From TPA_inf: Saccharomyces (Eukaryota): a DNA stretch of 64,000 bases. The notes beneath the pieces were generated by a model. The model was not told the DNA's origin. It did not search any database and saw only the letters and a list, made by a program, of their open reading frames with translations. Shown here piece by piece: positions 21,715 to 34,973 of the stretch. A program made the position numbers and the translations under genes. The number at the start of each line of letters is the position of its first letter. Positions within the stretch are counted from its first letter, which is position 1. The stretch covers positions 1,440,001 through 1,504,000 of the forward strand of contig BK006938.2 in assembly GCA_000146045.2 (NCBI GenBank), in the 5' to 3' direction.

Positions 21715-21829
21715 TGGTTGCTAAGAGATTCGAACTCTTGCATCTTACGATACCTGAGTATTCCCACAGTTCACTGCGGTCAAGATTTTTTCTTGAATCA
21801 GGCGCCTTAGACCGCTCGGCCAAACAACC
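21715..21829 (-). tRNA. tL(CAA): tRNA-Leu(CAA) with a ~32-nt intron 3' of the anticodon
   Basis: Minus strand reads GGTTGTTTGGCCGAGCGGTCTAAGGCGCCTGATTCAAG[aaaaaatcttgaccgcagtgaactgtgggaatac]TCAGGTATCGTAAGATGCAAGAGTTCGAATCTCTTAGCAACCA. It has an A box, a B box (GTTCGAATC), a long variable arm and anticodon CAA. Confidence 0.9.
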
Positions 21830-21836
21830 ACTTATT

Positions 21837-22075
21837 TGTTGAAATTTTTGTATCATATGTTTGTATATATCATATCCCATTTTTTAAGAGAGTAACTTCT
21901 TGTCGGCCTCATTGTTCATAATTTGTAGCCAAGTTGTAGTGATAAATAATAATTTAGGCAGATATTCTTATATGCTTGAGTGGAACTTCTAGCATATTCA
22001 GTATACTTGATATTAAAGCCTTTAACAACAATTAATGTTCGGAAAATTAAACTGTTACATAATTTATGTTTAGCT
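21837..22075 (+). mobile_element. degenerate solo delta LTR (Ty1/Ty2 family) immediately 5' of the tRNA
   Basis: It starts with TGTTG. The 3' part (ttcttatatgcttgagtggaacttctagcatattcagtatacttgatattaaagcctttaacaacaattaatg) aligns with the canonical delta ...TCCTCGAGGAGAACTTCTAGTATATCTACATACCTAATATTAT...CAACAATT. The boundaries are approximate, and the middle is diverged or deleted. Confidence 0.5.
22063..22073 (+). promoter_or_regulatory. 11/11 ACS match next to the delta/tRNA locus
   Basis: atttatgttta. Confidence 0.2.
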
Positions 22076-22357
22076 CTTACTTTAATCCCAAAGAGGGCAA
22101 ATAGCTTTTAAATCTTCAACTACTATAACTATAACTACTTTTCTTTCATATATAGTTAGAAAAACAAACGGTTATACAAATAGTAATCAACACGATATTT
22201 TAAGGGTAAATATAATAGTACATAGAGTCCAGTACCTCCATTAGATTGTTATTTAAAGTATTAATACGGAGGGGAAAAAATAAGCAAAAATAATATGAGC
22301 GAAATATTATGGCAGAACAAAACGAAGGAGACAAAACATGATTGCATTACATTAGCA

Positions 22358-25300
22358 CTATTTTTGTAGAACGCCTTCCTTATTCAGGACGTTCTCAACT
22401 TCATTGACCAACTTTTTGACAGCTTTGAATGAACCAGAAACTTTCTTGAACTGCACAACGCTCATCTTACCTCTCGGATAAATATTAACCTCAAAGAGTG
22501 TTGAACGTAGTGAGAATATATTATCACTCGATAGTTTACCCGTTAAGGTCAGATTGTTGGGGTGCGATTTTATATTTTTTAAACCATACTGAGTCCAACC
22601 ACGCAACAGCTTCTCTAAACCATTAAACAATTGTTTTGCAGAAATCTTGGCATACAATTCCATTGTTTTGTCCGAAGATTTTGAGAATTTTCTAAAGAAG
22701 GAACCATTTCCAATTGCTGTATTTTTATCCTGCTTATGCTCTTTTAAGTGATCTTTTGAATGATCCTTTGCCTGCGAGCCAGCATTTTTTTCCCTAATTT
22801 TTTGCACAGATTTGTTCAATGGTGGCTCCATATCATCTACTACTTTCTCTCTTTTTTCTTGATCCTCTTCTTGTTTGTGTTGTTCTGGCTTTTTCTCTTC
22901 CTTTTCCTCATTTTCTTCTTCCTTTTCAGTATGTGAAGAAGAGCCTGATTCTGGTATCATCGATTTAATCTTTGGATGTGCCTGGTCACCCTCTTGGCTA
23001 TTCTGTTTACGCAATTCATTGTCACCATTAAGCGGAGGAAGGATCGGAAGATGTAAGTTATCAGTTTGTTTCGCTTCGTTCGATCCATTAAAACGATCTG
23101 CAAAGTTCAGCTTTAACGCGGATTTGTCTTTGATAGTGGAATCACCGACATCGTACAATCTCTCATCGTTCGAACTATTTCCTGTATATTCAGCTTCTTC
23201 GTTGACAGTTTCAAAAAGAAATTCTGAATCATCCGCACTTCTTGGTGTTGGAATTCTTTGGCTTTGTTGGTTATTGACATCAAGGTTACCGTTTTTCAAA
23301 ATATCAACCAAGTTGGTAAACGACTCCTTGGTAGAGTACATCGACAGGACAGATAGCCTTTTATTGGACTCACTAAAATGCCTTGATTTTCTAGTAAATT
23401 GTGGTACTCTAATTTCAGAGATCTTCCTCAACCTACCATCAGAGACGGGAGCAGTTGTTGCGGTACTATCCTTTAATTGAGATACGCCATTCCCATCCTT
23501 CGGGAGGATCAAAGATTCATATCCATCATTAGAATCTGACACCACTCGCTCCTCTGACAATCTTTGTGGTGCAATTATACTTGGATATTCCATTTTAGAC
23601 AATTTCAACTCTTTATCGATATTAAATGATGAACCCAAGAATTTTGATCTTCTGATAGTTTCTAAAATTTTCTTTTCTGTTGTAAGTCTTTCATTTTCTG
23701 TTCTCTTTGGTTCCACTGGACTTACTTCCTCAGTTGGACTGGAGAACATTATACCCGGATCAAGCCTTGACACAGGTCTAGTTTGTAAAGAAAAGTTGCG
23801 GCGACGGAGAATATTGTCAATATCAACCTCCAAATGATTGATATTTTTCTCTTCATTTTCCATAGGAGCAGAGATAGATCTAATATTACCATCCAGTTTT
23901 TCCTCTTTGTGTTTGGACAGCTCTTGCTCTAGATCACTTATATCAATTTCAATTTGCTTCTTGAGTTCCTCCTGTTTTCTTTTCAGATCTTCCTTTTCTA
24001 GTAATTTTCTTGCACGTTCTTTTTCTTCTTGTTTACGTCTTCTACGTTCCAGCTCTTCACGTGCTTTTGCTTCTCTCACTTTACGTTCTAGCTCTTCCTT
24101 CTCTTTCCTTATTTGTTCGTACTTTTCGTACTCAAAAATTTCATCTATCAAAGTTGCAAAATTTGAGCTCGTTCTCTTTGTTTCCTTCTCAATGTATTCC
24201 CAATCGTCATCCTCTGCCAATTTCGCATATGTTGACATTAATTTTGTTGTCACCGATTCACGTTTCATGCTTGGTATCAATGACATTCTCTTGATAGATC
24301 TAGAAGATCTTTTGTTCTTCTTGGTAGTAGAAAAGATAGAGGCTCTTTTTTGATTCTTTTCCACATTTATAACCGAAGCTCTTTTATTACGTGATGCTGG
24401 TGTTGGAGAAGATTGGTTAACGATTGTAGATAATTTCTTCTTTGAAGAGAAGTTTTTTGAAAGGCGTTTTGAAGAACCGGGTGTAGTTAGATTGCTGGAG
24501 GAGGCACTGGAGGCAGTGAATTTGTTGAAGGATATTGGCTTTTTACGAGAAGATGTTACACTAATTAAAGATTCTCTATTTCTTCTGCGTTGTGGAGTTG
24601 TCGATACTTTTTTAGATGGGGAAACAGAAACGCTACTAATTGACTGCCTCTTCTTAACTTGCTGTTGCTTAATAAGCTCTTTTTGAGTGTCACACTTAAA
24701 TCTATACAGTAGTGCATATAATGTCTTTTCTGCATTAGCGCCAGGTTCTCTTAGTTTTTCCTTAATTCCTTCAGGATCTCTTCCATGCCATAATATTACT
24801 AAATTTTGCAAAATCGTAGCGTCAATAGAAGAATTACTTTCTGATAATGGCGTGAGATATGTGTCTTCTCTTGGTAAGCCTCTAATACTTTTAGAATCTC
24901 TTATACTTGGATATTTTTGTAATAGCGGATGTTTGAGTATATCTCTGGTCTTGATTCTTCTTTCAGGATCAACGGTTAAGATTTTTCTAATCAAATCCTG
25001 AGCTTCACGCGAAATTTCATCATCAGAAGGCATTTCGAACTCACCTTTTTGAACTTTAAGTAATAGTGTTCTTATATTTCCATCTTCCTCGTCAAAGGGT
25101 AACCGACCAGTAAGAAGGGCGAATAGGATCACACCGCATGACCACACATCACTTGCGAAACCTTGATACGGTATACCAGATACAATTTCTGGTGCAGCAT
25201 AATGTGGTGATCCGCACGACGTCTCCAGTAGCTTTCCTTCAGTTTCCAAAGCAGCCATACCAAAATCTGCAATCTTGATGTTATATTTATGATCTAATAA

Positions 25301-25786
25301 TAGATTTTCCGGTTTTAGATCACGATGGACAATACCCAACGCATGACAGTACGACACACCAATAATAATTTGTCTAAAAAACCTGATAGCTTCATGCTCT
25401 GGCAGAGGACCTCTCTCAACCAATAAGTTGAACAACTCACCTTTCTCCGCGTATTCTAAAACAAGGTATAAATCTGTATTTGTTTCCCAGACATCATATA
25501 AACGTAACACATTTGGGTGGTTTAACAACTTCATAATGATTATTTCGCGTTCTATACCATATGGTAGAGCATCTGGGGTGGTGGAGCCAACAATCGAAGT
25601 ACCGCTGACATTACCGGTATTGAATACTGCTTTTGATATTACCTTAACTGCCGCCTCTTGTCCTGTGGATCCATTACGAGCAAGCTGGACTTTACCAGTG
25701 CTCCCTAGACCGAGAGTTTCACCTAGTTTCCATGGACCGATGGTATTATCCTTTATGGCAGGAATACTGTTACCATTGATTGCCAT
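22358..25786 (-). CDS. GIN4: septin-associated Nim1-family protein kinase Gin4 (1142 aa)
   Basis: N-terminal Ser/Thr kinase domain (HRDLKPENLLLD, DFG), a long charged coiled coil, and a C-terminal KA1-like tail. 1142 aa. Confidence 0.95.
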   Translation of the reverse strand: MAINGNSIPAIKDNTIGPWKLGETLGLGSTGKVQLARNGSTGQEAAVKVISKAVFNTGNVSGTSIVGSTTPDALPYGIEREIIIMKLLNHPNVLRLYDVWETNTDLYLVLEYAEKGELFNLLVERGPLPEHEAIRFFRQIIIGVSYCHALGIVHRDLKPENLLLDHKYNIKIADFGMAALETEGKLLETSCGSPHYAAPEIVSGIPYQGFASDVWSCGVILFALLTGRLPFDEEDGNIRTLLLKVQKGEFEMPSDDEISREAQDLIRKILTVDPERRIKTRDILKHPLLQKYPSIRDSKSIRGLPREDTYLTPLSESNSSIDATILQNLVILWHGRDPEGIKEKLREPGANAEKTLYALLYRFKCDTQKELIKQQQVKKRQSISSVSVSPSKKVSTTPQRRRNRESLISVTSSRKKPISFNKFTASSASSSNLTTPGSSKRLSKNFSSKKKLSTIVNQSSPTPASRNKRASVINVEKNQKRASIFSTTKKNKRSSRSIKRMSLIPSMKRESVTTKLMSTYAKLAEDDDWEYIEKETKRTSSNFATLIDEIFEYEKYEQIRKEKEELERKVREAKAREELERRRRKQEEKERARKLLEKEDLKRKQEELKKQIEIDISDLEQELSKHKEEKLDGNIRSISAPMENEEKNINHLEVDIDNILRRRNFSLQTRPVSRLDPGIMFSSPTEEVSPVEPKRTENERLTTEKKILETIRRSKFLGSSFNIDKELKLSKMEYPSIIAPQRLSEERVVSDSNDGYESLILPKDGNGVSQLKDSTATTAPVSDGRLRKISEIRVPQFTRKSRHFSESNKRLSVLSMYSTKESFTNLVDILKNGNLDVNNQQSQRIPTPRSADDSEFLFETVNEEAEYTGNSSNDERLYDVGDSTIKDKSALKLNFADRFNGSNEAKQTDNLHLPILPPLNGDNELRKQNSQEGDQAHPKIKSMIPESGSSSHTEKEEENEEKEEKKPEQHKQEEDQEKREKVVDDMEPPLNKSVQKIREKNAGSQAKDHSKDHLKEHKQDKNTAIGNGSFFRKFSKSSDKTMELYAKISAKQLFNGLEKLLRGWTQYGLKNIKSHPNNLTLTGKLSSDNIFSLRSTLFEVNIYPRGKMSVVQFKKVSGSFKAVKKLVNEVENVLNKEGVLQK

Positions 25787-26452
25787 TTTGAATGTTATTA
25801 TTGTATTGTGCTGCGAATATCTTTCTTGATCAAAGTGGGCAATTAATTATTCACAAGTCTGCTAAAGCCTTCGAGAATACTAATGGTGAGTACAGTTGAG
25901 ACGTTGTCGACAGAAGAGAAAGCAAAACAAAATAGAAAAGAAAATCAAGAAGAAATAAAAAATGTGTGCACTTCATTCAGTCGCTTTTAATTTAACATCA
26001 AAAGGAATCTATGGTGTGGCCGTTGATATTTCGCGATGGTATGCCGAAAAAGGAAATAACGCAGATTGCGCGTAGTAACGAATGGATTTGACGCGTTTCC
26101 TTCGATGAAAAGTGGGAAATAATAATAAAAAATTCTTGTCAGACGAAACTTGGCGCAAAACAAATGATTTCTTTACCTTGAATAACCCAGTTCTTCCAGT
26201 GAAGTGAAGTTCAAGTTAGTAATAGTAGGAATGCATTTATGTGATGACAATGATGTTTGCACAAAGTACATAGAATATTTAAAGAGTTAAATAGTATAAT
26301 GAAATAAGAAATACATGAATGAGGGGGACGGGAGAATGAAAGGAAAGAGATAAAACAGGAAGAGCGTGTAGGAAGGCTGGGATTTGAAATAATATGCTAA
26401 TTGAATTGTTTCTTCAAGTTTTTTTTTTTTTTTTTGAATCGTGATTTCTGCT

Positions 26453-28444
26453 TTAACACCAGAAATCAAGAACTCTTTTCCAGTATGGTCCGTTTCTTAA
26501 TCTCTCTTTATATTCTTCATCTTCTTGTTTTAATAATTCTTCATCAAAGATGTTTCTATGAGAAACTAAGTCTACTTTATCAGCGGGAATGAATAAACTC
26601 CAATCTTTTTTCCAAACTTTGTAAAAGATGTATAAAGCAATCCAGATTGGCATAGCCAAATAATTCTCAAAAAATGATTGGGCACTTAACTTACCTCCTC
26701 CACCAATTGGGGCAATGGCAACCCAAAATTGGGCGATTAAAGCTAACACCATCATAAGGACAGCGTAAGCCGACCCCCAGACACCGACTTGAGATTTATA
26801 ACCAACCTCTCCTAAGGACCTTCCTTGCACTTTCATAGCTCTTCTAAACCTAATGTGAGACAAACAAATGGTAATCCACGTGAATAATTGAGACAAACCG
26901 GAGATTGCTAACAACCAGGTGAAAACGTCCTCTTCCTTTTTAGATGAGGCACAGAATGCAATGACACCAAATAATGCACTGACAAGCATAGCAGCAGCAG
27001 GTCTACCTTCCCTATCGATGTAATCGAAACATTTGGGTGCATTACCTTGTTTGGCCAACGACATCAAAATACGAGAACTGGTATAGAAGGCACCGTTAGC
27101 AACGGAAAGAACAGACAACAGGATGACAGCGTTTATGAAATGAGGAACCACACGAACACCATGAGAGGAGACAGCGATGACGTAGGGCGACGCTTTAGTG
27201 GCTGAACCTGCGGCCCCTAGCAATTGATCTGAGGTGTAAGGTACAAGGAAACCAACTAACGTTAAAGACGCCAAGAACACAAACAGAATTCTATAAATCA
27301 TTTTCTTTGCCGCCGATGGAATAGCCTTTCTTGGATTGGATTGTTCACTGGCAGTCATAGCCAGCTGTTCACTCATACCAAAGGCGAACGCTGCTGTGAC
27401 AAATGTGGCAACGACACCTTTGAACCTCTGGATGGGTGTATCACCACGGAAGGCTCCGGGATCACGCCAATATTTGCTACCTATGTAACCATCGGTACCT
27501 GCACCACCACAATCAATAATAATGGCGAGAATGAAAAATCCAACTATCATCAGAATTTTACAACAATTGAAGAAGAAATCTGCCTCTGCATAACCCTTAG
27601 CTCCAAAAACGTTGATAACAACGATTAGTACGTAGAAGATAACAACGAAAACATCCGGGTTCACAGATGTCGTCCAATATTTGATAGTCATGGATGCAGT
27701 GACCAATTCTAGAGGACAAACACATAGCCATTGTAAGCAAAAAAGCCAAGCAACAGAAAAGCCAAGTGCAGGGTCGACCAAAAACAAAGGATATGTATTA
27801 AATCCACCAATCAAATCACTGTATATAACCGCTAATTCACCACAAGCTTGAATAATACAGTAAACACAACTACCCATAATAGCATAACCAATGATCAAAC
27901 CACCCGGACCTGCATTGTTCAAAACTTTGGAGTTACCGACCAGCAAACCAGTACCAATACCAGTCCCTAGGGACATCATCACCGTATGACGGGGCTTTAT
28001 ACTCTTTTTCAAATTTTCTTGTTTCTGTTCTTGTTCTTGTGGTGACTGTTTAATACCATCAACAGTGATGTATGAGCTCTTCCGATTCAACTCATTGTCC
28101 AATTGAGAGCTGGAATCTTTTGTGGATATAGGAGTAGTCCCATTAGAGTTGCTCGAGTCTGGGGAATTTGCATGCGAGCCTTCCGCTCTTCTAAACGAGT
28201 CAATGAACCTCCGTAAGTAAGATGCATGATGTTCACCTTCATATTCCATATTTTCAATGGTTTTTTCCACTGTTTTTTCAAAATATTCTACTTCATTTTC
28301 CGGTTCTATAGAGCCAATTTGTTTTTCCTTTGGTTGTATTTCCTTCATCTCGTAATGGGAAACATCGTCAAGGTCGTTACGATTCATATTCATATTAGAG
28401 CTTCCCTCATTATTCCGCCCATGGCGTCTATTACCAAGCGTCAT
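26453..28444 (-). CDS. GNP1: high-affinity glutamine permease, APC family (663 aa)
   Basis: 12-TM amino-acid permease. The track ORF adds 3 codons from a TTG; the first ATG is at 28442-28444 ([14 protein letters not shown]). Confidence 0.9.
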
Positions 28445-28901
28445 AATGTGCAATATTTGATATTATATAAGCTACTTGAGAAAGCGATAGTTTTTTTTTC
28501 TTACACAAAAAAAAAAAAACATAAAGCACCTATAACTCTCAACTTTGAAGAAGCACGAAAGGAATATGTTTAAATCAACAGAAATGTGAAAAAAATCGGT
28601 TATATATACAGAATCCGATTCTTTCTAACATCAAAGAGGTGGGGGAAGAAGGGACTCAAAAAAGAAACGACACTGCACAACCCGAGCCAAACTGACATAC
28701 GAACACTAAAACCGATTTCCGAAAAAAACTTCAAATTTACATTTCATTGTCCGTCTGCCATCGCATCATCGCCTTCATCTCTAAGAGTTGCCGTGCCTTT
28801 CCATCCGCTTTCTTTTCATGCGGCGTTATTCTTTTTTCCTATTTTTGATGGTCCCTGTGCCGTTTCTTTTTCATGTTCACCGGTTTTTGGCGCCGCATAC
28901 C

Positions 28902-28920
28902 GTACGGCGGGGCACTTTTG
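28902..28920. promoter_or_regulatory. GCCG-N9-CGGC dyad (candidate Stp1/Stp2 UASaa) in the GNP1/SMT3 divergent promoter
   Basis: gccgcataccgtacggcgg with the perfect palindrome CCGTACGG at its centre, ~460 bp upstream of the GNP1 ATG. A separate CACGTG lies at 29135-29140. Confidence 0.3.
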
Positions 28921-29297
28921 AAACGTTTTTGTGCATCCTGATGCCGTTTTCAAGGATCGCAAGCACGTCGCATAATACGGTAATGCCGAATTAAGGCTAC
29001 GTCGTCATAGTAGGTTAGTCATGCGCGTTGGAAAAAGAAATGACCAACGCGTTGATTACGTAGTCCCCAAGGAATAATGCTTTTGAAAGTGAAAAAAAAA
29101 AATAAAACTGAAAAAAGCCATGCTGTTTCCATCACGTGCATGTCACGTTTTTGCCGCCGAACTCTTTGATCATGTGATATGAATATGTTGGGTTACCCAG
29201 CTTTGCCAACACGCGCCGTCGGAAGGTGTTCAGGAAGCAGGAAAAGAGCAAAACACCAACAATCAAACAAACGAACACATTCTACTCTTTTAGTTGA

Positions 29298-29705
<408 letters not shown>

Positions 29706-30016
29706 GACTCTTAACAATGCCTAAAAAACGCCAACAAACCTCTCCCTTCCCCCCACCCACCAAAAAATACCATAGTAATGAAAAAACTAAATAATTCATA
29801 TTATATAACATAGTATTAATATATGTTCGACAAGAATAGTTTTGTCCACGCCTCTTTCCCAGCTGATGCGGAGGAAGTGCTTTTCGCCATGTTATTAACC
29901 AGTACGCTAGCTTTTGTTCTTAATTAAAGAAAAAAAACTATCTCCGTTAAATGAGCAAGTATTAAAGAAGCATTCTTTCACGACGTGCCACAGAGAACTT
30001 CCCGTCTTCATTCACC

Positions 30017-30418
30017 ATGAACAACAAGCTCATATATCGTTCGGTTAGATTTGCAACCCATAACAGCCAGCTTTTACTTCCACCTTTGGTTCTCTACAGA
30101 AGGATACTAAGGCAGCATAAGCTGCTACCTGGTCCCCAAAGGGAGATGGGTGACCAATACGTGCGAAACGAGTTCAAGTTGCACAAAGATATCGATAACC
30201 CGTTGCATATAGTCGGCTTTTTAGCTTCCTGGCAAGATTATCTCCACATGATTTCCAACGGTAAATGGAAAGATGCCACTTTATCTTCGGAAACCCTGGA
30301 GAAACTATCCCCTGAGCAAACAGTTCAACTGTATGAATTGATGAAGGAAACACAGAAACTTCACCAAGACAATGAAATAGAATCAAGTAAGGACGTGAAG
30401 CGGAACAACAAGGATTAG
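30017..30418 (+). CDS. SDH6: LYR-family succinate dehydrogenase assembly factor (133 aa)
   Basis: 133 aa starting [38 protein letters not shown] (LYR motif region). Position matches YDR511W. Confidence 0.8.
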   Translation: MNNKLIYRSVRFATHNSQLLLPPLVLYRRILRQHKLLPGPQREMGDQYVRNEFKLHKDIDNPLHIVGFLASWQDYLHMISNGKWKDATLSSETLEKLSPEQTVQLYELMKETQKLHQDNEIESSKDVKRNNKD

Positions 30419-30499
30419 TGTTCGTCTTTTTATTGCGCTTGTAAATAAGAAATCCATATACTATATAGTACACATGCTAAAAAAAAAAAGCTAAAAATC

Positions 30500-31448
<949 letters not shown>

Positions 31449-31547
31449 TTTAAATTACGCTAATATCCCCTTCATAATATTTACATATATATATCTTTTA
31501 TTATCTATATCTTAAATCACATATACCTACAAAACTTCTAGCTAGAT

Positions 31548-32999
31548 TCACACAAGAGTACTTTTGAAGGCTGCGCGTGCATTTTGAAACCAATGAGACC
31601 CGCTAAATTCCGTCTGAGGTACAAGATCCCTCGGCTTCTTTCTTCCCTTATCATCAACTTTCGGTTTGCTATTATTGGCATTCATCACACTTAGCACGTA
31701 CGACATTGGCAAAATTTTGGGTTCGTCCGCCTCACGCTTAAACCATTCTCTTATCCTATATCCCATTGTTTCTAAATCATCTGCCCCAATTTGCTTTCTA
31801 AAGTTATAATCTCCTAACTTCAGCATCAGGAGCAACGTGTAATATGCATCATTGCCTGCGTTATGTAAGAAGGCATGTGGCAAGTGAAAAAGCCTTAGTA
31901 GTTTACCTAAACTGCTACCCTTCTTGCCATAACACATGCTATAAATTTTCTCTGTGTCAAGCATCTTAACATGTTTTCTAACACCTTTGCTCTCCGTTGA
32001 GTCCTCCGGTTTGGTAAGTTCATTATCCAATTCAGGTACATGGACCCCAATTTTCTTCAGCCACTTAATATCCCCCGCTATAGCATGACCCACAAACGCT
32101 CTTTCCCAGGTTGTATCTTGGTCCGTCTCACATTTCATATAGAAATTAATCAACGACTGAATGAACTCTACACATTGTTCCAATGGTAATACAAGACTTT
32201 CTCCAAGTAAAAAGCAGTCTTTAAAGTCGCATACGAATTTCTTGTTTCTTAACGGTAACGCTTCAGCAACAATTAAATGATAACTTCTTATAATCGGCAT
32301 CAAGGAATAAATGTTTTCTCTTGGATCATATATGGCGATGCCAATCTCTGTAACAATGTCTGTATCAAATTCAAATGCCTCTACATCGATGGCAAAACAA
32401 ATTGTCTTGTTGGATGATAATAACTCAATAGTTTTACAGAGATACTTGAACTGAGACCCACCAGGTTCACAATTCATCACAGGTATATGTTCGTTTTTTA
32501 CGTCCTGTACATCTGCTAAATATTGCTTTCTTAGATTTTTCTCCACATCGTCTTTAGATGCATCAGGTATACACCCGTTTTTCTCTATCCATTTCTTGTC
32601 AATTTCTTCCAGCTTCTTATCCAGTAATTCTGAACTTTTCTCATAGATGGACCGATAGTTTGTTTCCAATGCCTTTAAATATTTTTGGATTTCACTACTT
32701 AACGCAATGTTAGGGGTATATGCAATTTCGTGCAGAGAATTAAAATGTTCAAACTCATTTATCCATGTCTTTTGTCTTCCTAGTTTATTCATCAACTTGC
32801 TACTTGAACTCTTATACAGTCCCACGCCCCCTCTTCTTGAAGGGACCATACCCCTAACTCTAGCTGCATTGCGGGTTGCCAGACTCCTGTTTAAACCTTG
32901 TGGTTGATGGTAATTGCGGACTGCTTTGGAGTTGAATCTATGCGTAACCATTTTGACTACCGCTTCGTATGCTTTCTTGCACTTTGTGGAGCTACTCAT
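31548..32999 (-). CDS. YDR514C: uncharacterised protein YDR514C (483 aa), GFD2 paralogue
   Basis: The track ORF of 492 aa starts at a TTG; the first ATG is at 32997-32999 (MSSSTKCKKAYE). Length and position match YDR514C. Confidence 0.7.
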   Translation of the reverse strand: MSSSTKCKKAYEAVVKMVTHRFNSKAVRNYHQPQGLNRSLATRNAARVRGMVPSRRGGVGLYKSSSSKLMNKLGRQKTWINEFEHFNSLHEIAYTPNIALSSEIQKYLKALETNYRSIYEKSSELLDKKLEEIDKKWIEKNGCIPDASKDDVEKNLRKQYLADVQDVKNEHIPVMNCEPGGSQFKYLCKTIELLSSNKTICFAIDVEAFEFDTDIVTEIGIAIYDPRENIYSLMPIIRSYHLIVAEALPLRNKKFVCDFKDCFLLGESLVLPLEQCVEFIQSLINFYMKCETDQDTTWERAFVGHAIAGDIKWLKKIGVHVPELDNELTKPEDSTESKGVRKHVKMLDTEKIYSMCYGKKGSSLGKLLRLFHLPHAFLHNAGNDAYYTLLLMLKLGDYNFRKQIGADDLETMGYRIREWFKREADEPKILPMSYVLSVMNANNSKPKVDDKGRKKPRDLVPQTEFSGSHWFQNARAAFKSTLV

Positions 33000-33428
33000 A
33001 CAATAGCTTATAATCTGTGTAGTCAAACTATATACTAGGCAAATTACTAGTAAATGCAGTATTCATATGTCCTCAAACCGTTTTTTGCAGTATGTTATTG
33101 ATCCATCGAATCAAAATTTTTCACCGCCAAGAGAAAAAAGATCTTACTATTTTGTGCTTATGAAAAAATTAGTAAAAGTAAAGCTGGAAGCACATACAAG
33201 CGCAGCTGAATCACAAAGGAAAATTGGCACATCCTTGGTTGACACTTGTCTATTTATTAAAAGGTTTTAAAAAGTAGTGTTCAGCAGTTCTATCATATTT
33301 TTTTATTTAAAAAAAAATACTGAGAGGAAGCGTATTGTTAAGACACAATTTAGGGTGGCGTTAAATAAACGAGAGAGCCCAAAAATATAACCAAGATAAA
33401 GAAAATCAATCATAAAGTGAATTCAAAA

Positions 33429-34772
33429 ATGTCATCGCAAAACCTCAATGATAATCCAAAAAATACATCCTCAGCAGCTGAAGATAAGAAGAAACAAACT
33501 TCATCCTTAAAGTTGGCACCAATACCAACCACATCGCCATGGAAATCATCTTCGCCAGATAGCAATACAGTAATTCCTGTAGAGGAACTAAGAGATATAT
33601 CAAAGACTGCAAAGCCAAGTAAAAATGGTTCGGGGTCAATTAAATTAACAAGCAATACCAAATGGACTCCAATTACGCCGTCTGTTATAATCTCAGGTTC
33701 CAAGGACACAAATTCAAAGTCAGGAAAGAACTCTAAAAATTCTAAGACTAATAAAAAAATGAAAAAGCGTGGCAAATATAATAACGATATCAATAAAAAG
33801 GACTTTAACGGTCAAACCAACAGTACATCGGAAATAAGTAACGTTTCCAATCTTGAATCCAAACCTTTAGATGCTAACGCTAAAGTAAACATACATTCAA
33901 GCTCAGGAGCAACTGCCAATGGGAATATAAAGAGGATAACAAACAACAACAATTCAACCAACGGTAGACAATCAAGAAATTATCAAAACAGGAATGGCAA
34001 AACAAGATACAACAACAATAGTAGACACAGTCAGGCGGCTAATAATGCCATCTCCTTCCCAAATAATTATCAGGCTAGACCTGAATATATTCCCAATGCC
34101 AGCCACTGGTTGAACAACAATTCAAGAAATAGCTATAAACAACTGTCATACTTCCGTCAACAGCAGTATTATAATAACATCAACTATCAACAACAATTGC
34201 AAACACCATATTATTACTCAATGGAACCTATTTTTAAATCTATCGAAAGTATCAAAAACCAAATTGAATTCTATTTTAGTGAAGAGAACTTGAAAACAGA
34301 TGAATTTTTAAGATCTAAATTCAAAAAAGCCAATGACGGATTTATCCCCATGAGTTTGATAGGGAAATTTTACCGTATGGTTAATTTATCTCTTGGTGGA
34401 GACCCAAATTTAATTTTGGCATCTATGAGAGAAGTTTTACAACATAAAGAAACAAACCATTTGGAAATTGCCCTTGGAAGCATAGAAGGTGCTCAGAAGA
34501 ACATGGCAGATGATTTCAATCCATTGGAAAACTATTTTATTAGGCGCGAAAATTGGGCTGAATACGCTATGGAAAGTAATTTTGATGAAAATGATGACGA
34601 AACTGAAAAATACAACATTGAGAAACTATTGGGACCGAACGATTTAGACAATTATTCTTATATGGGCTATCCAAACTTCTTTCCCAGTAATGAAAATGGG
34701 AAAAAGAGTCAGAGCTATGACCAAGGTGAAATTAGCAGGCAGTTTGAACAAAACTTACAAATAAATGATTAA
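33429..34772 (+). CDS. SLF1: La-motif RNA-binding protein Slf1 (447 aa)
   Basis: The track ORF starts at a GTG (33417); the first ATG is at 33429 ([15 protein letters not shown]). N/S-rich protein with a La-like region near the C-terminal third. Confidence 0.8.
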
Positions 34773-34973
34773 TTTTAGACAATATTTTTTTTTTTTTTTT
34801 TATTATGTATATAGTTAACATGTATAAAGTAATAGCAGATTCTCTCTAAAAATATAACATAACATTTCATTTCAATTCGTACTAAATAATTTTTTATATA
34901 ACAGATACATAAGATATTTATATAGAGGAAAACGAAAACAAACTAAAAATAAGCTGTTAAGAACAGATATGTT

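Noticed and set aside
21830-21880. Possible Ty3 sigma element upstream of the tRNA (a TGTTG start within ~20 bp of a pol III gene)
   Set aside because: Downstream sequence aligns with the Ty1 delta 3' region (…GAGAACTTCTAGTATAT…CAACAATT) rather than sigma (TGTTGTATCTCAAAATGAGATATGTCAG…). Called delta-like instead.
22875-24353. Long plus-strand ORFs (201 aa and 171 aa, plus a 94-aa ORF) antisense to GIN4
   Set aside because: They are S/F/L-rich low-complexity translations of the reverse strand of a Lys/Glu/Ser-rich coiled-coil region. This is a typical antisense artifact of biased codon composition. They have no independent start context and overlap a gene with clear homology entirely.
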